A stretch of 63,779 nucleotides of DNA, the filler included, from Choristocarpus tenellus KU-1152 (lineage: Eukaryota > Protista > Phaeophyceae), in the NCBI GenBank assembly GCA_964200185.2. It is 10 parts of 10 records of this genome, joined end to end, with 100 filler letters (N's around TTAATTAATTAA, not from the genome) between each part and the next. Parts side by side here need not be neighbours in the genome. Positions count along the whole stretch, not along the records: positions 1 to 2,500 come from CAXNAD020027303.1; positions 2,601 to 5,130 come from CAXNAD020027015.1; positions 5,231 to 17,460 come from CAXNAD020001915.1; 7 more parts are not named here. The stretch is one strand, 5' to 3'. Of the stretch, positions 1-10,888 are shown one piece after another. Made by a program: the position numbers and the translations under genes. The notes beneath the pieces are model-generated. The model ran no database searches. It was given only the letters and a program-made list of their open reading frames with translations, and was not told the DNA's origin. Each line of letters opens with the position of its first letter. The first letter of the stretch is position 1.

Positions 1-439
1 CCCCCCCAGCTCTTTGCAGGCCGTGGGGGGGTCCCCCCCCCCCCCCCCCCCCGTTTTTTTTGGTTATTTCTGGTCTGGTTAAGTCATGTGTGCATGCGTA
101 CGTAGTTTCGCTAAGGTGAGAGCGAAGCCTAATATGCCGTATATGTAAGCATGTGTGAGAAGGTTCATCTGACGTTAGTTTGCACCTTTTAAGGAAGCAG
201 ACAGATCTGAAGGGTTGACTAGATGGCAAGATGAATGTATAGTGGTTTTGGTGTGGGTACAAGACGCCTTGCGTAACAAAAGATACGGTTCTGATGTGAC
301 CTCTGACTGGTTTCGGTGGTCACACTTCACCTTGTTCTTTGATTTTTGATAAAATTATAGAATGGATAAACCTTCAGTTCAGCTATTTGGTTGCTCTGAT
401 TGGTTGTTGAACTTGAGTAAGTTGAACTGTCACGGTTAC

Positions 440-2230
440 CTATAGTAAGCTGACAAAGTTGGGTGAGACAGCTGTGGAAATTCGAGTCGATGGCATCACT
501 GCTGGGCTTACTCAGGAGTAAGTATGGTATGTGGCCCCATCCTAACAGTTTTTGATATATGGGAGACGTGATGCAAGACAGGATACTGGAGCTCGTTTGT
601 CATTACCTCACCCATGAGGTATGCCCTGCTGGTATTTCATGTGTATCGTTCAAGTCAAGGGCTATGCAGTCCAGACCAGTGGGAGGACACACCGGCCAGG
701 TTTTGTGCTGTGATTGTCTTCAGGTGGGATACAAAAAGCCTCTCTGGCGTAGAAAAAAAATACCAAGAGAAGCGCTGTTCACTTCCCAACACTCAAGTCT
801 CATTCTAACTCAACGGTGCAACTTGAGAAGAATCCCAACAGCAGGGGGGTCGTAAGGTGTTGGAGATGGAGTGCTCATTGAAGTCAGAGAGCTAGGCCAG
901 TGATTTTTTTTTTTCCAGTGAGAGTGGTAAGAAGCAACTAGCAAAGAGCTCGACAGCCTCTTTTTGACATCACAGGACTGCGCCTAGTTGTGGATAGTGG
1001 GTGCTCTGATTGTATGATTAACCCAGGGCTCTTCTTGAAGGCCTGCACAGCCACCTTGACAAGTACATGGGAGTAAAGTCGGCCAAAGACATTCTAAGTA
1101 CTGGTGATATCTCTACTACTGTAACAGGTGAAGTAGAGCCCTAGTGATAGTGCACAGGGCGAGATTCTGATGGTGAGGTTGAACCTACTACTCGGGATAT
1201 AATGTTGGCCCCAAAACTCAGATGAAATTTCTTGAGCTCACTAATTGCAGAACTGAAGGGTGTGGATACCCACCTCTGCGTTTCACCTTAGCTTTTTTAT
1301 AGAGGAGTTCGTTTCCCTGAATGACTCTCTGAGGGGTTGTACTTTCTTCAAAGTGTATGTATGTATGCATGCATGCATGCGTCACCTTAGCAGGATCAGA
1401 ATGAACATGAACCTTCAGCACATAGTGCGACCACCCTTGCTAGCTTCTCACACCGCAGAGTGGGTCATCTCCATGTTGAATGCATGTGTATATTGGGTCA
1501 AACAGAGGGCATAGAGGTACACTGCAAGGAAGGCGATAGGCCGCCCCCATGTGCAGCTTGCCAACCTGTACTACCTGAAGACTATGACCAATGCATGCTG
1601 ACCACCTCCTCGGCCTTGTTTATACTTTCAAAGCGTATTGATGTATTACTATCCACTCCTACATGACAACACACCACCGTCTTCACAAGTGTCCATACTA
1701 AGGTAAAAGATAAGTCTTTTGTTCCTTGGAGAGAAACGCAAAGCACTGGGGGCACTCCAGGAGTTCCTTCTTAACTTGGCAATCCCAGAGGGTCCGCGGC
1801 TGGGTTGACTTTGATGAGACCACGGGGGTGGATTGATTCACTAGGAAGATCTTCTGTCGATGCGGTAAGACGTTTGGTTGGCAACAAGTATTCGTGACAT
1901 CTTACTCTGCAAGAGAGTGACCTTTGTCTGAAACACAGGTTGGGAGAGAGAGTATTTATGGCAATGATCAATGACATGTTGCGTGCATGCATGCTGTGAG
2001 AATCCTATCTTGCTACCCAAATCTTTGTGGCTGGAAGGTGTTTCCTACAAGTAGATATCTGGGTATTAGGGTCCCAACACCTGACCTGGGTGGAGGTGCA
2101 TGGTGTGCTGCCTTCCATAGCAGCCATGCCTCCCTCAAGTATCTACGAGTTGTAGGTTGTGGAGCCTTTCTGACACAATTTGCAGGATATCAATGCAATG
2201 TAAACCCACAGGCCTGGGAGGGAGGGTTGT
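440..2230 (+). mobile_element. Decayed Ty1/Copia LTR retrotransposon internal region (gag, zinc knuckle, protease, integrase remnants)
   Basis: Plus-strand relics occur in Copia order: LTKLGETAVEIRVDGITAGLTQE (gag-like, ~450-520), CCDCLQVGYKKPLW (degenerate CCHC knuckle, ~706-748), VVDSGCSDCM (DSG protease motif, ~987-1017) and DMLRACML..LPKSLW..YLGIRVPT..LKYLRVVGCGAF (integrase C-terminal, ~1970-2172). Many stops and frameshifts. Confidence 0.6.
1400..1660 (-). mobile_element. Possible second, inverted Copia integrase fragment
   Basis: Minus-strand TWG..IAFLAVYL..THAFNMEMTH resembles the LWGEA..AVYL.NR..TP segment of Copia integrase. Highly decayed. Confidence 0.3.
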
Positions 2231-2500
2231 CTGGTGAGCTAAGGCGATGAGGTATTTATTAGAGCTATGGCTCATACCCCGCAGTGTGACTTTCATAGAG
2301 TCGCTCCCTTTGTCAGCCTTCTGGGGGCTATTCGGGACATGTAGATGGGCCAATGATGGATGCTGAGGACTAAGAGGTAGAAGGAAAATGTAAGGTTGAT
2401 CCTGCTTCAGTATATATATATATATATGTATATCTACTGTTTGAGGTAATGTTTACGTGCTGGTGACAACATCTACAAAAAATCCACCTCTAGTAGAGAG

Positions 2501-2600
2501 NNNNNNNNNNNNNNNNNNNNNNNNNNNNNNNNNNNNNNNNNNNNTTAATTAATTAANNNNNNNNNNNNNNNNNNNNNNNNNNNNNNNNNNNNNNNNNNNN
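2501..2600. other. Artificial contig spacer N44-TTAATTAATTAA-N44 (first of nine)
   Basis: Identical 100-nt spacers at 2501-2600, 5131-5230, 17461-17560, 22888-22987, 45102-45201, 49523-49622, 54445-54544, 57900-57999 and 60552-60651. The 12-mer places stop codons in all six frames. Confidence 0.98.
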
Positions 2601-3120
2601 CAGGGGCGATGAATACAAGGCCGATGTCATGATCGATATCGACTGGTACCAGGAGTGGTACTCAGAGACTTGCCTCCTAACAATTGAGGAGAAGATGCGA
2701 TGGTTGGAGGATGAGGAGGTCATCATTCAGCACGACAGCATGAGCCCGCACACAGGTAAAGGCATGCCACAGAAACTGAACCGAGCTGGGAGAGAGGGTG
2801 GACGGATCACAAAGCTCGTAACTCAGCCTGTGCAGTCGCCTGATCTCAACATCAATGATCTGGGGTTCTTCAATTTGCTCGAGAGTCAAGTGTGGAGGGA
2901 GCACTACTATATCGTAGACGACCTTGAAGGAGGGGATAAGGCAATACACGACTGGTATGATGCGGATACTCTAGAGTTGGTGTAGAAGAGTCTCTTCAGG
3001 AGGTACAATCAAGTGTTGGAAGCGCTGGGGGGGAACTGTTTCGAGGTTGCACATGCTGGGAGCAGGAAACTGCAGCGTGAGGGCGTTCTGGATCACTTCA
3101 TCCCCATTGACAGAGGCATG
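2601..3120 (+). mobile_element. Tc1/mariner transposase C-terminal fragment, DD39D-like (plant/oomycete mariner type), pseudogenised
   Basis: IIQHDSMSPH...QPVQSPDLNINDLGFF matches the IQQDNAxPH...QPPNSPDLNxxDLGFF signature. In-frame TAG at 2983-2985; 5' part cut by a gap. Confidence 0.85.
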
Positions 3121-3430
3121 TACAACGTGGCTACAACTTGGTGGGTTGAGGGAGAGGATGAGAGTGACAAGTAGTTACTTCAATGCAATAAATGCCAAGG
3201 AATCCAACGCAACTAACCGCGTCTTCATCAGAGGTCTGGTCGAGACGTTATGACCGATTAATGATCATTTCCAGCCATGTAAAACCGGTTTTGTTGCTTT
3301 TCCTAAATCTGTCGTTTCCGAAAAAAAACTATTGTGTTCAGGCGGCAGTTTCTCAACCATTTCGAAATGAGCAATATTTTGAAGATATCTATGTGCAAGT
3401 CGAAGTTGTTGGTTCGAACGATATTATTTG

Positions 3431-3870
3431 ACCCACTACGAGAGATCTTATGACCCTCGTAGTTATAACCTAAACATCTTTACGGTGGAAAGTTTTGGGT
3501 GCCTCGGTAAGCAAGCGGAAAGTAATTTTGAATGAGCTAGCTACGACACGGTAGGGGGGAGAGGGACAGGAGGCAACGGCAGAAAAGGGGCTGTCAAATC
3601 CTGTCTATGTCAGGTAGCCTCAGTCTCAACGCAAGTAGCCCTATCTAGACGTGTCATGCATTTTAAGCCAGAGACACCAAGGAGATGGGCAAGGAGGGGC
3701 TTGTTAGATTCTTGGGATGCTTCCCTAGCTCTCACCCTGGGGTGGACGATTAAGCTAGGTTGGAGGCACAGGAAGGCAGTGGTGCAGCATAGTTGGTTGT
3801 AAAATAAATAGATCAGTGCCGTCCACATTTACGGCGACTGTTACTTTTTAGGGGTTGTGAACATGTGAAT
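3431..3870 (+). mobile_element. 5'-truncated CRE-like non-LTR retrotransposon (restriction-like endonuclease tail), copy 1
   Basis: Aligns by eye to 41356-41760 (acccactac..cctcgtagttat..cggtggaaagttttggg..ggagatgggca..gattcttgggatgc). Confidence 0.75.
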
Positions 3871-3987
3871 AGTTTTCAGTGTTTTTTTTGTTTTGCTTAC
3901 GAATTCTGGATTATCATTATTCACTTATTCCTTGTTTGCAATTCCCTCATTTCTCCATTCCTTTCCTTCCCCATGTATCCCCTATTC

Positions 3988-4231
3988 TGACTAGCCCAGT
4001 GCGACCTCTTCACTACTGGTTTCCTATTTACTCCCCAACTCTAATGACCAACCAGTGCGAACCCCTTTTGTCACTGATTTCCAGTCACACCCCACACATT
4101 TGATGACCAACCAGTGCGACCCCTTTCGTCACTGATTTCCAGTCACTCCTCCCATGCGATGACCAAACAGTGCGACCCATTCGCCCCTGATTTCCAGTCA
4201 CCCCCCACCTCTGATGACCAACTGGTGCAAA
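3988..4231 (+). repeat. Tandem array of a ~56-59 bp unit, about 4.3 copies
   Basis: Unit tgaccaaccagtgcgacccctttcgtcactgatttccagtcac followed by a variable C-rich tail; copies are directly visible. Confidence 0.9.
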
Positions 4232-4626
4232 GAGAGACAAGTCTAAGAGGGAGAGCAATCCCTCCGAAGATCGCTCAGGAAAAGAGTGTTCAGGTGGTAA
4301 CTGAAAGAGGGGGGATTTGGTAAGGTCACTCCAAACCACGCGATCTTACTTTAAGCAGATGTTACCTTCAACATGCAAGAACAAATGTCATACGAATATC
4401 ATAGTGTTCAAGATAGGTTACCTTCAGGGTATACATTCTGCGGACGATAACTCTGACAAATGTCATAAATATTTTGAAAATTTCTAACAAAAAATTATAA
4501 TGATACAGATTTTGGGATAGAGTAATGTGTTTTCATTGAACTCCACACGCCTCCCCCAGGAGGTTAAACTTCGAGGAACTTTGGACATGTAATTGTCAAA
4601 AGAGTTGCAATACACAGAAGGCAGGG

Positions 4627-4910
4627 ATGGAAGTCACTGCATCGGCGGCATGGTGGTCGAAGGGATTGTTGTGGCTGGCGTATGGATTGGGAGCCTTACT
4701 GTCAGCTACCTTGGTCCAGGTCCTCGCTGTCGTTGTGGTCGACACCCTGGTCAGGCGGGCAAAGAGGCAGAAAGGCGATGAAGAAGGCTGGTCTGGGATG
4801 TACTCTGGGCGGGTGTGGCACGCACGATATAAGCCCGAAGTTCACCACTTCTCGTATCCCATTTTCCTCTGCCTTCTGGACCTCGATAAACTGAGCGGTG
4901 CGTTGCCATG
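4627..4910 (+). CDS. DUF1365 family protein, first coding exon (rest lost at gap)
   Basis: N-terminal hydrophobic helix, then YSGRVWHARYKPEVHHFSYPIFLCLLDLDKL, which matches the Y.G.V.H.R..P..H.F.Y....LDLD.L start of DUF1365. Donor GTGAGA at 4911. Confidence 0.85.
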
Positions 4911-5378
4911 GTGAGACCAATCGTGTGATAGCTGTCAAGTTGAACCCAACATTAACTTCGTCAGAGGCGTCCCAGTTGTACCCATGCAGGAATATGAGTA
5001 TAAGTACTGGGGAGAAATAGATTATCCAGTGTGCAGTGAGGATATGGGCTCTCTTCTCCCCCCTGTGAACTTCTCGGAGGGTTGAGACTCAAGGACGACG
5101 TAACCCCCCCCCCCCTCCGATGTTTCCTCCNNNNNNNNNNNNNNNNNNNNNNNNNNNNNNNNNNNNNNNNNNNNTTAATTAATTAANNNNNNNNNNNNNN
5201 NNNNNNNNNNNNNNNNNNNNNNNNNNNNNNCCTACAACACACAGACCCCCGCCCCCGCCACCAAAACCACAATGACTGTAGGGCAATCCCCCCCCCCCCC
5301 CCCCCCCCCCTCCCCGTCGCCCTCCCTTTGCAGAGTGGTAGACTTTTGCTCTCCGAGGTAAGAACAATGTACAAGTGA

Positions 5379-5445
5379 GAGATGGCTACGAGATAGTTAC
5401 GAGATGGCTACGAGATAGTTACGAGATGGCTACGAGATAGCCTAC
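5379..5445 (+). repeat. Minisatellite of alternating 11-mers (gagatggctac/gagatagttac)x3
   Basis: Six 11-12 nt units seen directly. Confidence 0.9.
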
Positions 5446-7711
5446 AAACACCGCCTCAAGACAAATACAAAATATCCGGGAGTTGTACAATATTATTTTA
5501 TTATGCGGCGCTACCCTACAGTGATTTTTTTATTTTTTTAACGGACGTACTGGTTCGTTGCTTGTCCATTAGGGTTATGTAGGGTTAGGGTTAGGGTTGG
5601 TGTTGGTGTTGGTGCCGGTCACCTAGGGAGGACCACAACAGTGGACCACAACAGTCAACAAAATCTGGTCAATCCTCAAAAGAGAGACCTCGACACGAGC
5701 CTGGCCTCCGCACCGTACGTACGGGTGAAGAAATAAAAAAAAATAACATCGGCAGGCAGTGGACCTCTTCCCAAAAGGGGTATTTTAATCTTGTTTTGGG
5801 ATTATTATTATTATTATCATTTATTTATTTTCATTGGCAGGTGCTAACTACTCTTTCGCTCTAACAGAGCAGTTGATCCACACAGAAAAAAAGAGAGACA
5901 ACAACAACAAAAAAAGATAATAGAAAAAAAATGGAGACAATGTTTCCGCACGCACTCGCATAATAGCGCAACAGTCCTGTTACACACACGGCTTCAAACC
6001 CCACAATAACGAAACTATATTCGAGAAAGGAGTTGAAAATGGGTTGAGGGACCGTCCCCATCAATTCAACAAAGCGACCCTCACCACATTTCACAGGAAC
6101 TAGAAACAATAGTAGCGTTGCAGTCCCGGCTCAGGTACGTAACAGGCAAAGAGCAGACCATACGTCCGTTTGCCTCTCTTTATTATCGGTCCGTAACCCT
6201 CACCGGCTCTAATATTCATGCGTCCGCTCGCAGAAGCAAGAACTTCGCACCACAAATTATTCCTTCAAAAAATAAAATACTCATGCGTCGGTGTACCGAC
6301 GTTTATGAAAAAAAAAGAAAAAGGTAAGCTTTCGTATGTATGCACGTGGTTGTGTCAGTCTCAACTGATTTGGGCAAAAAAATAATATACATACATATAT
6401 ATATAATTTAATATATATTATATATATTGGACAAAACAGTATTGGACAAAACAGAACGTCCTAAGCTGAGAGGTGATCGTTTGTGATGCGATCACCACCA
6501 CCGGCTCTTCCTCCCTCGTGCGTCAAGTCAAGCCCACACCAATCGCGCCACCAGGTGCTCTATTTTCACACCTCTCCTCTCGCCTCTCGCCTCTCCCTCC
6601 GCTGTACGCACACGCACACGCGCGTGCACACGCACGTTTGAAGGCGCACGCACACTGCAAGGAGTCCAACAACCCCCCCTAGAGAAATCAATTCGTACGC
6701 ATGCGTACCACTGGAGGAAATTATTTATTATTATTTATTACCCAACAAACGTGCAAACAGTAGGGGTCTCTATAGTCACATTAAAAAAGGTGAAAATGAA
6801 GGTGGACGGCAGTCACGGAACCATAACCCTATCCCTAACACGACAACTGCCGTGTGCGTAGCAGCACCTCAAATTTACGTTAAAAAAAAAAGTCAAGTAG
6901 GAAAAAAAAAATCGAGGTCGATTTTTTTTTTTCTTAGAAAAAGCACCCGTCCGTCTGTCCGTCCCCGTCTATTCCCATCACTCTTTTTGTTGTTGTTGTT
7001 GACCTTGAACAGAACCAATCCGGCCCTGGTGAAAAAAAAAAAGATAAAGCGTCTCTGTGTGTCCGCGTGGCACCTCATGCGTGAAAGATTCGGTATGGCC
7101 TTGCCACAACACCCAAGAACGATCAACCTGCCCCCCCCCCACCCCCGTGTGCTCCTCCACCAAAGATACAAAGGCATCTATGTGCTTACAAATCTAAGCC
7201 TCACTAATCAGCACTGCCCACACGCATAGGATAATATATAATCTACATCAAAAATTACCCACTAAAAAAATTACGCCTTTCGGAGTATCAACTCTGCAAA
7301 GTACAGGAGGATATTAGAGGATATTAGAGGATATTATTAATATTATTAATAATATTAATATTATTAATAGCAAGACACCGTATTCCAGAGCAAACACAAG
7401 CAATCTCCTCACACCCTCCTCCCTGGCATCAACCTCACTTGAGACAAAAAAAAACGTATCTACTCCTGTTAGATATCAGGTCAGGATTTGACATCCACCC
7501 CCAGCATTCATCCAGAGAGACAGCAACAAACATAAATTGGGTAAAAACCAAGTCCATAGAGGGTGTATGGTTGTGTGCCTTCCTCCATTGCAGTTCCCCA
7601 CAACTGTGCAAAAGCAGCAGCCTAATCACAGTCACACATACCTCAACACTGCCACAAGACCCCCCCCGCCCCTTCCCCCAGGTGTGTGGCTTTCACTATA
7701 CACCCTCTCAC

Positions 7712-7790
7712 CTTCTGGAATATCTGAAAGATCGAACTCTGCAGTGGCAAGGGCCAGCACATCGGCAGCTGGGCTCCAAGATGCCAGGAA
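7712..7790 (-). CDS. UQCRFS1: Cytochrome bc1 Rieske Fe-S protein, exon (hinge region)
   Basis: FLASWSPAADVLALATAEFDLSDIPEG matches the conserved SASADVLA..E.DL..IPEG motif. Acceptor tacag, donor GTGAG; phase 0 join to the exon at 8528. Confidence 0.92.
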
Positions 7791-8527
7791 CTGTATACAC
7801 AAAGAGAGAGAGGGAGTTACACCCCCTGTTAGGTTTGATGATGAACGGAATATTTGTCCAAGGTTAAGTACACCCATTTGATATTTATTGTGTCAATATT
7901 CGGCTTGGGGGTACCATTCCTGGTTTTTGGGATGCACACATCAACAACTTAGAGCTTGATACACATAGCACACCGTTCTGCTGACAGCTATTACTGTCCT
8001 CTCAACTGTCTTCACTCCCCCTCAAGTGCGACCTCAGTTGGGGCGCGCCTACGTAGTAGAGGTAGGGCATGAGTTGCCTCCATGCCACCCTGGAAGGCAA
8101 AACATCCTCTGATTGCTACAGCTGACTCTCTCCCTTCCCCCTGCCGCTAAAAAACATTGACAATATCGCCAACGTGTGCTGCGTGAAAGCAAAGAGTGGT
8201 CACTACAATCTGAAAGGGTCAGCAATCAACGCCTTCACATAGACAAATCAATGAAAGAATAAACGAAGAGGTTACTTATAAGTCCCGCTTAGTTGAAAGC
8301 TTGAGTCATCAACTATACCAGTGCCCTCTTGAAATCGAAAAAAAAAACTCAATTCAAGCAAAGGAAAAATAAAAATAAAAATGAGGCTTTACTCCCTCCC
8401 ACCCCTCCCCAACAATATGCTGTCACTACAAAAGCATCATAGCATATGATATACCCCACCACGTAAAATCATGTTGGCCCACAAAAAAAAAAATCTTGGT
8501 CCCATCCTATCCCATCGACAAACCAAC

Positions 8528-8762
8528 CTTCATGGCAATGAGTCGGGCAGTAGAGGCATAAATGAGCCTTGCCCCTCCCAGAACAAAGTAGGTAAACTCT
8601 CGCTTCGTGGGGTCCCCCTGGGGAATGCGATCCTTTTCAAAGTACCCATCATGGTTGCTCATGTCATCTACCACATCGGTAGAAGGAGGCGAGGTGTTGG
8701 CAGACTTGAGTTTGGAGGCAGAAGTCGAGATGGCAGCAGCTGGCACATGAGGCACCACTGCC
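8528..8762 (-). CDS. UQCRFS1: Cytochrome bc1 Rieske Fe-S protein, exon (presequence end and transmembrane anchor)
   Basis: GDPTKREFTYFVLGGARLIYASTARLIAMK is the Rieske transmembrane segment. Donor GTTGG after the AAG codon. The acceptor is either tcaag (exon start 8762) or the ggcag 5 nt downstream. Confidence 0.9.
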
Positions 8763-9882
8763 CTTGACAGCGGTGCCACGTTTTTTCCGGGGCAGACTTT
8801 TTTTTTATGTCCAGGAGGGGTAAGGGAGGTGGTGTGGGAGAGGGATGGTGTGTTTGTGTTTGTTTTAAGGAGGGACAATGTCAACACGTTGCAGAGATGT
8901 AGACTAGATGGAAGTACCTATTGCGATCCTTACAACACAACCCCCAGTATGTGTTGTGGAGGAAGAGACATGCTGTGCACATAATCGCCTTTCTCCCCCC
9001 CTCTCATTGTCCCTCGCTAACACCTTTCTCCTTCATGTCATCTCCCTACATGCTCTGCAGCGCAGAAAACTGGACAGTACTGTGTACATTTAGTGTCTGA
9101 AGATGCTATCTCAGTGTACTCTGCTAAATCGACAAGAAACTTGACCCCACAAAATATTGCATTCAGACACTCCTCTTAGGCAATGTCACCAACTTGAACC
9201 AATTCAGCCAAGAGGGCTGTGTTAGCAAAAGTATGGACTCACAATTGTACTACAAACAACTCTGATGGAAACAGGGCCAAATCTACGTGATTATAGCAAC
9301 AGTAATCAGAAGTAATACCCAGGGGAGGGGAAGTGGCATATGATACAAATGCATTGCTTCTCGTGACATACTACGCTGCTGGAAGAAAACACATCGCTCC
9401 AAAGATAAAACTCTATGTTCAAAAAACACACCATGCTGAACAGTCACAATCTTGATCTCTTTGCCAGGATGTACCTCTCCACATTCCCCCTAATCCTTTA
9501 CATACCAGTGGGTTGTTTGCAACTGCACCTTTTCTTCCCGCAAATGCAATTACTAAACTGGTCATGGTCCTTTGGTATTACACATTCCTTTCTTGTCGGA
9601 GATCCTAAACATTTTGAAAAGATCGTGACTTCTGAGGCAATTTCCTCAAGGAGTGCCTTCATTACAGTGTTATCTTTGATTCGCCTCCGAAACAGAGCAG
9701 CACTACAAATTCTCAGAGTGACGGTCCAAGAGAACTGAGTTCAAAATTAGGCAGGTCGAAGAGACAGCACACACAAGTCAACAGGATTACCCAGGCACTC
9801 AAAGATGAGGTGTCTGCGCATATAAATCACACCTATAGCGCTTTAGTAGCGGAAGAGATAATAGAAGAAATTGGCGAGTGAC

Positions 9883-9952
9883 CTGATTGTCGTCTATGGG
9901 CCTCCGGTATGCCCAACCACGAAGCACAAACAAGCTTCGATGCCACGAACAT
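9883..9952 (-). CDS. UQCRFS1: Candidate first exon of the Rieske gene (MFVASKLVCASWLGIPEAHRRQS)
   Basis: ATG in gccATG context, presequence-like start, CAG|GT donor that is phase-compatible with the second acceptor option. No conserved motif confirms it. Confidence 0.4.
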
Positions 9953-10773
9953 GGCACCAAAAATTCTCAACTAACCCACCACCCCTAATATATATTTAGA
10001 GAGATTTGATTGAAAGGAGAACTATGATCCCAAAGTGACTGCAGAAGGTAGTGCAAGTCTTGCTCCCAACTCAGTCAGCCCCACCCGATTATTCCCCGCA
10101 AGAATTACCATACAATAAGTGTGATCCATTTCCAACCCAGGTACCATAAGCCAAAGGCACTTGCACAGTTTGACTGCTATTGCACTATATTGTAGTCCTT
10201 CCACCTCTTTCACTTCATCAGTTACGCAGAGAACAAGTGCCAAACCCACCTGGCATACGAGGGAAGGCTGTCGCCCTCAGGGCGGTAGGGGCAACCCGCC
10301 GAAGTGCATTGCTGATCATTTTCCTTTCAGCTACCGCAAAGACGGTGTGCTTTAGTCCTTCCCACCAGTGGGCAGTTAAGCACCTTATCCCCCTTCCCAA
10401 GTCACACTAGCAACCTCCGCTTATATTTGCTTGTCTGTCGTGGCGTTTCCCCTTTTACAATTGTTGGTCATAGGGTTAGGGATTATCTAGTGTTAGGGAA
10501 GAGTCACTGTTCAACAAGAATAGACCCTCCACACCCCTTGACAATACGACATCTGCTTGCTTCGTGTAGTACTGGTATTGCGTGGAGACAACGGAAGACT
10601 TGGATATACTGCACTTGAGGAGCCTTCGTTTTGACTGACCCTGCTCTTGCTCTATTTCAGTTGCGTGTATATCTTCTACAACCACACTTTCCTTGCGGGG
10701 CTAAGTGCACGTGGGGGAAGCGGAGTAGGAAATAGAAGGAGACTGGTTGCCGTGGAAGGAGGTGCTGGATATA

Positions 10774-10888
10774 ATGTCGGCCTCACTCATCGGAAGTCGG
10801 ATCAGTCTTATATCTATGAAGGATATTCGCTACGAGGGCATCCTGGCGAACATCGATACCGAGAATGCCTCTGTAACCTTACAGAACG
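10774..10888 (+). CDS. LSM14: LSM14/Scd6/DCP5 family protein, exon 1 (Sm1 half of LSM14 domain)
   Basis: MSASLIGSRISLISMKDIRYEGILANIDTENASVTLQN matches IGSKISLISK..IRYEG.L..ID. Donor GTGAGT at 10889. Confidence 0.92.

Noticed and set aside
2545-2556. Recurrent palindrome TTAATTAATTAA
   Set aside because: Always centred in exactly 100-nt N spacers; an assembly linker, not biology.
3988-4231. CRISPR array or tandem hammerhead ribozymes
   Set aside because: The variable parts are short and related to each other, there are no cas genes and the context is eukaryotic. CTGATGA-like words lack a stem II and the GAAA core.
7080-7130. LIVLGCC as a downstream Rieske exon
   Set aside because: Lacks CTHLGC, and no KWRGKP exon precedes it. 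The cluster-binding exons appear to lie beyond the contig end.
9507-9735. Cys-rich open frame with splice-like ends inside the Rieske intron
   Set aside because: Would put 76 unrelated residues into a mitochondrial presequence; no homology recognised.
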